Origin: an uncultured archaeon
Lineage (GTDB): Archaea > Thermoplasmatota > Penumbrarchaeia > JASLWR01
DNA: 64,000 nt
Assembly: GCA_964342815.1 (NCBI GenBank)
Contig: CAYFHS010000010.1
Span: 2,534-66,533, forward strand
Reading direction: 5' to 3'
In this document: positions 38,201 through 46,496 of the stretch, in pieces
Numbering within the stretch: the stretch's first letter is position 1
How the letters are laid out: every line of letters begins with the position of its first letter
Notes under the pieces: generated by a model
The model's database searches: none
Told to the model about the DNA's origin: nothing
The model's input: only the letters and a program-made list of their open reading frames with translations
Made by a program: the position numbers and the translations under genes

Positions 38201-40817
38201 CGTCGCCGTTCACATCCCCGGTTCCGGCAATTGCGCCACCAGAATAATCCAGACCGTTCTCTCCCAGAAAAGAAGCATCCACATTCGCAAGGGCCACATC
38301 CATTTCCCACCCTGCGGATTTCCCGAAGATCAGGTATGTCTGGCCCGCCGTCCCTCCACCTCCGCTGTTCCAGTATGAGCCGATCAGAATATCATCGTAT
38401 CCATCATTGTTAACGTCTCCGGCCCCTGCCACGCGTCTTCCGGCGTTATCACCCCCGCCTTCGCCGATGAAGGATGCATCTGCATCGGAAAGGTCCGCAT
38501 CCATTTCCCACCCGGATCCTTTGCCAAGAATGAGGTATGTTTGGCCGGCCAGGGCACCGCCGTCATCATCACCATATGCTCCGATTAAAATATCATCGTA
38601 TCCATCGCCATTCACGTCTCCCGCCCCCGCAACCGAGTATCCGGAATAATCGTATGCACTTTCGCCCCACCACGAGGCGTCGGCATTTGAAATAATTGTA
38701 TTACCTGACCACCCTGATGAGTTACCAAGAAAGAGATATGTCTGTCCAGCTTCGGCGCCTCCATCTTCATCTTTGTAGGCCCCGATCAAAATATCATCGT
38801 ATCCATCTCCATTTACGTCACCCGCTCCCGCCACGCAATAGCCGGCCCAATCGCCAGCATCCTCTCCAATGAAGCCAGTACCGAAATCTCCAAGGTCCAC
38901 ATCACGCCTACTCCACATTTCTTCATCTTGCATGTCCGGATGGGCATCATATATGTTTTGTATACCATCGCCATCGATATCCGAATCTATCGAATCACCA
39001 ATCCCATCACCGTCGGTGTCATATTCGTAATAAAATGATATCGTACTTGTCATGGGTGAAAGATCACTGTCTCCATCCATTGCGGCTAAACCATAGAAAT
39101 ATTTTTGGCCGAGTTCAATATCGTTGTCCTCGTAATCAACAATATTTCCTGAAACGAAAGCGAGAGTATTGTAGTTCGTTCCATCCAAAGATCGGTAAAC
39201 CTGATAACCTATTATAGGTCGATTCCAGTAGACCGGTGGTTTCCAGGATAATTCAATGGAATTTCCGTCATTTGTAAGTTTTCCGGAAAGTCCTCTGGGC
39301 TTAGGTGGTCTGCTTCCCGGGAAAATGAGATATGTTTGGCCTGCCTGGGAGCCACCTTCTTCATCCCGGTCGGCACCGATCAGAATATCGTCGTATCCGT
39401 CTCCGTTGACGTCCCCCGCTCCTGCAACAGAATAACCGGAACGGTCATCACTATCCTCGCCGAGGAATGATGCTGAAGCGTTCGCGAGTTCGACATCCAT
39501 TGACCAGCCCGACTCTTTGCCGTATACCAGATATGTCTGACCGGCATCACTACCTGCCTCCTCATCCTGGTAAGCACCGATAAGTATATCGTCAAACCCG
39601 TCACCGTCCACGTCCCCTGCACCTGCCACAGAAAAACCTGCCCAATCGTTTAAATCCTCTCCCAGAAAGGATGCGTTTGCGTTGGACAGATCAGCATCCA
39701 TGGCCCAACCGGCGGGTTTGCCGAATATCAGATAGATCTGACCTGCCTGAGAACCCCCGTCCTCATCCTTGTAGGCTCCGATAAGAATATCATCGTATCC
39801 GTCTCCATTCACATCCCCGGCACCCGACACCGAATTTCCCGAGTAGTCACTTGAATCCTCGCCGATGAAAGACGCTGATGCGTTCGTCAGTTCAAAATTC
39901 ATGGTCCAGCCGGATGCTTTTCCAAGAATGAGGTATGTCTGGCCCGCATTGGAACCGCCGTCCTCATCACCCAGAGCCCCGATTAGAAAATCATCGAATC
40001 CGTCAGCGTTCACGTCGCCGGCCCCCGCCACCGAATAACCGGCCTGGTCGCCTGCATCCTCGCCGATGAATGATGCGGAGGCATTGGTGAGATTGACATC
40101 CATGGACCAGCCGCTATCGTTGCCGAATATGAGGTAGGTCTGTCCCGACCAGTAACCTCCCTCGTCATCGTGATGCGCTCCCACGAGTATATCGTCGTAT
40201 CCGTCTCCGTTGACGTCACCGGCCCCGGAAACTGAATATCCCGAATTGTCATCCTCATCTTCTCCGATGAACGATGCATCGGCGTTGGAAACTTCGAAGT
40301 CCATTGTCCACCCGTCGGCTTTACCCAGTATGAGATATGTCTGACCGCAATCGGTTCCCGCGTGGTTATTCAAATACCCTCCAAGTAGAATATCATCGAA
40401 TCCGTCACCGTTCACATCCCCCGCTCCAGCCACGGAAGCTCCCACAAAGTCGACATTATCTTCTCCAATGAATGATGCATCGGCGTTCAAAAGATCAAAA
40501 TCCGCGTACCATCCGGCTTCACTGCCAAATATGAGGTAGGTCTGGCCTGTACGGTCGCCACCCTCGTCATTGCCTTTCGCACCGATCAATATGTCGTCGA
40601 ACCCGTCACCGTTCACATCCCCGGCTCCCGCCACGGAGAACCCTGACCAATCGCTGGAGGATTCTCCCACGAACGAAGCATGTGAATTAGCAAGATTGAA
40701 ATTCATCCGTAACTCGGAAGAGGGCTGCGCTGCAGGCATGAACATGATCATACCTGTAAAACTTACTCCTAAAAGTATGAAAACCATAAGAAAAGGACCG
40801 ATTGTTTTTGTAGCCAT
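35238..40817 (-). CDS. Integrin-alpha-like FG-GAP double beta-propeller surface protein with FnIII, Ca-binding DxDxDG repeats, coiled-coil stalk, TM and acidic tail; split by an in-frame TAG at 36600-36602
   Basis: 14 repeats of G.SV.GAGDVNGDG(F/Y)DDILIGA (2 x 7), each set followed by an FnIII-like domain and DxDGDG repeats. ORFs 36600-40817 and 35238-36599 are in the same frame, separated only by TAG, and the heptad pattern continues across it. Confidence 0.85.
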
Positions 40818-41006
40818 ATGTGTTCACCTCTAGTTATATTGAGTATCATTTGCGTGCTGGTACTATCTATGAAAATCTAAGATGGCCCCCCTTCTATAAA
40901 ATATTTGGGAATTGTTTATCACATCACTTTATCGGTAATTTCTGCTGATTTTGAGTATATCTCCTGTAAACACCTATTTATACAATCCAATACTATATAT
41001 CTTTAC

Positions 41007-41354
41007 ATGACATCTGGAATTATGCCAACCGATAACGACGAAAGTCAGCTGGAGATATTGCGCGACGCGGTGCGGTCATGGGGGCAGAATCTGGACTGTT
41101 ACGACAACTTCAGTGGTGGTGATATCGCTTGGGAGGCGGCTTGCCGGGACCACCAGCAAATCATCGAGGCTTTCCACGCCTTGTCACCAGCGTTTCACCG
41201 ATGTCACCCTGAGATTAAAAATGCCTTTGGGGCCATCGAAAACAGTCCCATGGGCGAGGTTATCGACCATTTCTCTGTGGCTGTTCGAAAGGTCGCTCGG
41301 GAACGATTGGGAGACCACAAAATGGAGAGTACCCCCCGGATCATGGAAAAATAA
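41007..41354 (+). CDS. Hypothetical protein
   Basis: Coding-like stretch within AT-rich flanks, with TATTTATA upstream. No recognisable motif; start uncertain. Confidence 0.5.
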   Translation: MTSGIMPTDNDESQLEILRDAVRSWGQNLDCYDNFSGGDIAWEAACRDHQQIIEAFHALSPAFHRCHPEIKNAFGAIENSPMGEVIDHFSVAVRKVARERLGDHKMESTPRIMEK

Positions 41355-41509
41355 TCTAATTTCATATTGTGGAAGTTCGCATATTAGACAATATTGAATG
41401 GATTGAAATGAGGTTGGTCCCAAATTCCATTTGATACGATAATTATAAATTTGAAAACTGTAAATTACAATCTCGAAGGGTTTGAGGAGAATATTTATGA
41501 AAGCATATC

Positions 41510-42277
41510 CTAATCAGTCTCTTCTACTGTCTTCTCCTTCTCTCTCTGGTCTGCAACCTGTTCCTCTTGATCTCCCTTGTCAACTGGCATTTCCACTTCC
41601 GTCTTCTGTGATTCATCAGTCACTAGCTCGCCTTCTTCCTCCTGCAACGCTTCGTCTGTCGGGGGGAGTTCGTCCCCCCCGGGTTCACATTCCTTTTTCA
41701 CAGGTTTGTTTTCACCAACTTCAGGATTGTTTTCCGCCTCTGCCTGTTGGCTTCCTTCTCCCCTCGGGATTTCTTCATCCTTCATTCCCATTTTTTCCCG
41801 GAGCCAATTCTTTATACCCTCCCTGGTCGAAGTCCCTATGCCAAAATATTCAGGGAATTTCGATGAAGTTGTGAGTATCTTAGTTTGACCGCTTCGCTTC
41901 CGGTGGATCAACTCAAGCTTCTTAAGCTTCTTGACCTCGTTGTATATCCGCGTCCCCATCAGGTGTACCATGGTACTCTGTTTTACCGGTTGGTGATAGG
42001 CTATATAGGCCAGAGTCTTCAAAAGTTTGGGAGGTATCTTCGTCCTTACGAATCGGCTGGTATTACCTATATATTCCCTTTTTACCTGCAGGCAGTATTT
42101 GCTGCCCACCTTTGCCACTTCGAGAGCGGTATTCCTCTTGCCGTACAGTCCTTTGAGCTTTTTGATATATTTTCGCACGGTCTGCGGCTCCAGCTTCAGT
42201 GCTTCTCCCAATTCCTGCAGAGAAAACGGTCTGCCCGATGAGAACAATAAGGCTTCCACGAGAAGTATCTCATCCAC
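41510..42277 (-). CDS. scpB: SMC-Scp complex subunit ScpB with acidic C-terminal tail
   Basis: VEALLFSSGRP, LKTLAYIAYHQPVKQS and TSSKFPEYFG motifs. Confidence 0.93.
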   Translation of the reverse strand: MDEILLVEALLFSSGRPFSLQELGEALKLEPQTVRKYIKKLKGLYGKRNTALEVAKVGSKYCLQVKREYIGNTSRFVRTKIPPKLLKTLAYIAYHQPVKQSTMVHLMGTRIYNEVKKLKKLELIHRKRSGQTKILTTSSKFPEYFGIGTSTREGIKNWLREKMGMKDEEIPRGEGSQQAEAENNPEVGENKPVKKECEPGGDELPPTDEALQEEEGELVTDESQKTEVEMPVDKGDQEEQVADQREKEKTVEETD

Positions 42278-42288
42278 CTTTCTTCACC

Positions 42289-43218
42289 CTAATTGCTGTG
42301 TTTGCGCATCAAGTTACGTACGTAGATATCCCCGTAAGGGAAGTTCTTCTGCCATAGTGATATCTTTTTTCTGTGCGCGAGATGAACCGTTGATATCAGC
42401 GTGGTAATGACGTCCATCCGGTCGTGGTAATCGCATAGTTTCGTAAGACGTATGGGGGAACCGTTATACTGATTTATCTTAGCCCAAACGATGGCCATAT
42501 CCTCTTCAATATTGTCCTTGTGCGAGTTTTCGAAAACGTTTATTTCTGATTCGGCCTTTTTATTTTCTTCTCTAAGCCTTAGGCGGTTGTCCTCAATGAT
42601 CTTTCTCACCGCGGCTTCCTTTTCCGCATCGGCCAGTGCCTCAACAATGTCCAGCAGTGTGGCTGTCCGGCTGGCATCCCTCCATACCATCTCCGTTATT
42701 GGGGCTTCATCTCTTGGCGCCAACGCATTATCGAACCTGTCATCGAGACCGTCATAGGGGTATTCGGCGTCCCCGTACATGGGATTGTCCATTTCCTCTT
42801 CCTGGGACTTTATGGCTTCCTCAAGTATTATCTCGCTCTTTTCTGCGAGAACGCCCCAGGCCATGAACACCACCTTCCCGATGGTTATAAGATTGATATC
42901 CTTTTCACGCTCAAGCCGGGCGATATATTCTCTGCCGAAGGAGATCAGGTCGATGTTCCACGGATCGATCTTGCGGGAGAATACAAGCTCGAAAACTATG
43001 GCCACCATTTTTTCAAAATTTCCCGTCATTGAGACGTGATACCCTTTCGAAAGATCCCGAACCATATCCAGGTAATAATTTACCCGTTTACCGTCATCAT
43101 CGAAAGATATTATAGACTTTTCATACATAAGATATGCCAAAATTCGCTCAAAACCCTTTGGGTCATCTTGAATGACCTTGAAGGCTTGCCCGCTGCACAG
43201 ATTTCCGTTCAGGTCCAT
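42289..43218 (-). CDS. scpA: Kleisin ScpA
   Basis: IDPWNIDL, L..KSE, TLLDIVEAL and C-terminal winged helix (LA..KI.LWQ..FPYGDIYV). Upstream of scpB; ATG at 43218 has a GGTGAG RBS. Confidence 0.88.
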   Translation of the reverse strand: MDLNGNLCSGQAFKVIQDDPKGFERILAYLMYEKSIISFDDDGKRVNYYLDMVRDLSKGYHVSMTGNFEKMVAIVFELVFSRKIDPWNIDLISFGREYIARLEREKDINLITIGKVVFMAWGVLAEKSEIILEEAIKSQEEEMDNPMYGDAEYPYDGLDDRFDNALAPRDEAPITEMVWRDASRTATLLDIVEALADAEKEAAVRKIIEDNRLRLREENKKAESEINVFENSHKDNIEEDMAIVWAKINQYNGSPIRLTKLCDYHDRMDVITTLISTVHLAHRKKISLWQKNFPYGDIYVRNLMRKHSN

Positions 43219-43618
43219 GGACTTCTCACCTACGTGTTCACCTTTCTCTCCCTGACTTGATAAGGTGAAGCGCAGAATCACTTTTCGTCTACGACTTCAT
43301 GCGGACCCTGGCTGGTGGGCTCTATGAAATTGGTTTTAAGTATTATATAAATCTTTTGAAGAAATCGCGCCTCCATATAAAAAAGTAGGCTATCTCGTAA
43401 CTTTAAATAATCATCTATGTTTTATCCAATATCTTGACCTATTCCGTAGTCTTAGGGGGGATTCCAAGAGTACAAGTCCGAAGTTGTTATAGGTTTCTCT
43501 CTATTGAATTAAGTACTAAGTATTATATATTGATAAGCCGTATTTATAGATAGGTTGACAGAAAGACATGTAGGTAGATCGAATCTTTAAAAAAAGTTCT
43601 ACTGAAGGTAGTACCAAC

Positions 43619-43726
43619 ATGACCGAAGAAGAGTATGACCGGTTTTTAGATAGTTACGGACTATCTCCATTGGAAAAGGCTGCTTTTAAGCAGTTGCGAG
43701 GTATTTCTACGGGATTACCTGACTGA
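43619..43726 (+). CDS. Putative 35-aa peptide overlapping the 3' end of the Fic-like gene on the opposite strand
   Basis: MTEEEYDRFLDSYGLSPLEKAAFKQLRGISTGLPD, with GAAGGT RBS-like sequence and TATTTATA upstream. Below the ORF-track cutoff. Confidence 0.35.
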   Translation: MTEEEYDRFLDSYGLSPLEKAAFKQLRGISTGLPD

Positions 43727-44214
43727 ATTAGTTTGTCAAAGTATTCTCTCGTCATTGCTAAATGTTCTCCTAAACAATTTTCCATGAACCATTCTTTATC
43801 TTTTTTGTCTACATTTCTTATTTGTTTCAATAAACTCCTTTCAGAGAGTATGGCATGTTTTGATTCTTCGGAGAACCTATTGTAATTCCATTTCTGATCA
43901 TCATACTCGTGCAGATATACATCATTTGAAAGTAGATACACTCTAGTGAACACAATGGTTGTACGATGATTCAAGTTTGGTAGAGCTTGTAGGGAAATCA
44001 ATTTACTAAGTAGTTCAATTGCGATTTCTTTGATCGTTTTGTCATCTTCTTGGAAATTATTAAAGAATTCTTCGATTCCTTTTTTATCAATATCCTCTCG
44101 ATACTCCTTAGGATAATTGCCAGTTTGACGTTTGACTTCCTCACGTAGAATACTGTAGTATTGGATGTACTTTTTTGTCAGGAGTTTGCTTGTAGAAGAG
44201 TCCATTTCAGTCAT
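43654..44214 (-). CDS. Fic/Doc-like protein with degenerate motif
   Basis: LQALPNLNHRT resembles the Fic HPFxxGNxR motif and is followed by ..FT.VYL..N. Lies in an AT-rich segment. Confidence 0.6.
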   Translation of the reverse strand: MTEMDSSTSKLLTKKYIQYYSILREEVKRQTGNYPKEYREDIDKKGIEEFFNNFQEDDKTIKEIAIELLSKLISLQALPNLNHRTTIVFTRVYLLSNDVYLHEYDDQKWNYNRFSEESKHAILSERSLLKQIRNVDKKDKEWFMENCLGEHLAMTREYFDKLIQSGNPVEIPRNCLKAAFSNGDSP

Positions 44215-44587
44215 TCCAGATAGGCGATTTGGGTTAAATCTTTTGCCATCCTTTTAGTATTCTCAATATAATGCTCGACTAAAATCAATTTACCTCATAT
44301 GCCTGATCCCGTAACTTCTCACAAAGTATTCCCAAACCTTTTACAAGGTAGCTTGACTATCTTGTAAGATGCCGGTATCTGGGATGGGTTAGATGGGGTA
44401 TATGAAATTGTTAATAATATCGTCTATTTATATGTTTTCCTCTTCCAGGAAACCTTTATATATAATAGTAAAAAAAATTCTCAAAAAAGTAGCCTGAATA
44501 TCCATAACACTCCGAAAAGTTTATTAACACTATCTCAAATGCAATTTTCAATATAGAGTACAGATTAAAAAAAAAGGAGGAAACAAA

Positions 44588-46018
44588 ATGACACTCATAT
44601 TACCAGGCGTGGAAATCCAGGTCGTGAAAGAAATTGTCGTGGGACAATTGAATCCCGCAGGCATCTTTGGATTGATCGGGATCACAGAAGACAATATTGA
44701 TGGTACGCCAAAGCCGCTGGAGAGGGCCAGTTCGTACAAGGCATTGAAAGACTTCTTCGGCAAGGCAATCGACTTTACAATACCGGAGGCGAAACAGGCA
44801 TTCCAGAACGGTATCTCCGATGTTGTGGTATCTCCGGTGCACAGTTCGACCGCAAAGGCAGCCAAACTCGATCTGAACGATGAAAAGGGCAGTAAAATTG
44901 CAGTGATAACTGCCAGGGCCAGGGGTATCTGGGGCAACAAGATCGCGGCCAAGGTGAAGGGAAAGATGGACGATGAGGGGACGATGAATATGTTTTCCCT
45001 TGCCGTTACATACGGAAACGCGTCGGAGTTCTTCGACAACCTGAGAGTGAACCCGGGAGATGATCGGTTCTTTGCAGATATTATCAACGCCCGATCGGAT
45101 ATAATTCAGCTGAAACCCGTTATCCAGAAGGGGGGTGCTAAGGGAAAGGATGCAAAACCGGCGGCAGTCTCAATTCCAGCGGACATCGAAGCGACATTGG
45201 CAGGGGCCAAGGATCCGACGCCTGCTGATTACGAGAACGCTTTATCGAAACTGGAGAGCGAAGATGACGTGGATATAGTGGCAGCATCCATTCACAACTG
45301 GGATGACAAGACCCTACCGAAAAAGGTTTACGCTGCCATAGAGGCACACTGCTCCATGATGAGCGTGAACTGTTTCAACCGAATTGGTTTCGGTGAGGCG
45401 GCGCCATCAAAGAACTTCCCATCGGAAAAGGATGAAGTGGACCATATCTGCAAGCAGACGAACACGCTCTCTAGCGACCGTTTCGTGTACATTGCGCCTC
45501 ATGGTGCTCTGGGGGCGGTAGTAGGTCTCGTGGGAAACCTGAACTACTATGAATCACCCACTTTCAAAACGCTCAGCGGCATAACCGGGCTGGAACGAAA
45601 ATATTCGCCGTCATCGCTGAAAAAGCTCTTGACCTCACATATTCTGCCGCTGGAAGTGAAAAAGGGTCGGGGAATAATTGTTGAGAAGGGGATCGCCACT
45701 TCCGCTGAACAGATTTCCGTGCAGAGAGTGGCGGACCGCTCCGTGAGAGGGACTAAAATGATTGGCGACCTCTTTATTGGGACTCTCAACAACATGACCG
45801 GGAGGGCGGCATTGAAGGAGAAGATCACCGAGTTCTTCATACAGATGGAAAAGGACGGGGGGATAGTGCCCAGCGCGGACGGCTCGGACCCGGCCTACAA
45901 GGTTGATGTGTACGCCACCGATGACGACATCTCCAAGGGAATAGTCAGGGTGGATATCGCCGTGCGGCCTGTAAGGGCTATCGATTACATATACGGAACA
46001 ATACTCGTAAGGGCATGA
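44588..46018 (+). CDS. Contractile phage-tail sheath family protein (orphan)
   Basis: N-terminal LPGVEI.V, A.ARGIWGN.I, and C-terminal sheath domain ISVQRVAD...FIGTLNN..GR..LK..I..F...V.VDIAVRPVRAIDYIY. Strong AAGGAGG RBS. Confidence 0.85.
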   Translation: MTLILPGVEIQVVKEIVVGQLNPAGIFGLIGITEDNIDGTPKPLERASSYKALKDFFGKAIDFTIPEAKQAFQNGISDVVVSPVHSSTAKAAKLDLNDEKGSKIAVITARARGIWGNKIAAKVKGKMDDEGTMNMFSLAVTYGNASEFFDNLRVNPGDDRFFADIINARSDIIQLKPVIQKGGAKGKDAKPAAVSIPADIEATLAGAKDPTPADYENALSKLESEDDVDIVAASIHNWDDKTLPKKVYAAIEAHCSMMSVNCFNRIGFGEAAPSKNFPSEKDEVDHICKQTNTLSSDRFVYIAPHGALGAVVGLVGNLNYYESPTFKTLSGITGLERKYSPSSLKKLLTSHILPLEVKKGRGIIVEKGIATSAEQISVQRVADRSVRGTKMIGDLFIGTLNNMTGRAALKEKITEFFIQMEKDGGIVPSADGSDPAYKVDVYATDDDISKGIVRVDIAVRPVRAIDYIYGTILVRA

Positions 46019-46204
46019 ACCTGATTCGTTCTCGCCCTTTGTTTTCTTTTCTTTCAGCAATTATTTTATATTAGATTCAGCGATATCTATCTCTGCGAGT
46101 TGCGACACCGCGAACATTATGAAAAGAGCGATTTCCAATCGAATTTCGCTCTTTTAACAATATTTTCAAATATGTAAAATAGGAGCGAGACAGAGGATAT
46201 ATTC

Positions 46205-46483
46205 ATGACCGACTACATCGGGGGAAAAGTAACCAAAGTGATCGATGGTATCACCTTTGAAATGGCTGTCGATTTCAGAGGTGATCAAAATCAGGATGTT
46301 TTTCTCGACAAGGAAATGGTGCGTTTGGCGAGTTTTAAACAATCCGGTCTCGGGAAGAGTGGGGGTCGGAGCAGTATCACCGAACTGAGAAAAAAGATTT
46401 GGAACCGTCACATCACCCTGATAGTGGTGGGAAGGGATGATGACGACCGCGTTATAGCATACATCTCTCCGGCCTCGGCCTAG
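46205..46483 (+). CDS. Small SNase/thermonuclease-like OB-fold protein, catalytically degenerate
   Basis: GKVTKVIDG.TF..VRLA...RD..DRVIAYI matches the SNase layout (VIDGDT, VRL, D.YGR.LAYV) with substitutions. Confidence 0.55.
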   Translation: MTDYIGGKVTKVIDGITFEMAVDFRGDQNQDVFLDKEMVRLASFKQSGLGKSGGRSSITELRKKIWNRHITLIVVGRDDDDRVIAYISPASA

Positions 46484-46496
46484 ACAAAATTGTTTT

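Noticed and set aside
26731-42291. Genome-wide reassignment of TAG to an amino acid
   Set aside because: TAG ends genes exactly at conserved C-termini: rpl10 and rpl12 (GLGALFG), PAC2 (MYG, TAG TAG), scpA and scpB. TAG therefore functions as a stop, and only context-dependent read-through remains possible.
43568-43618. Third amber read-through (ATG TAG in frame with the 35-aa ORF)
   Set aside because: Very short, with no homology support, and the downstream ATG has its own RBS-like sequence. Likely coincidence.
44588-46018. Prophage
   Set aside because: No integrase, capsid, portal, terminase or other viral genes and no att repeats seen.
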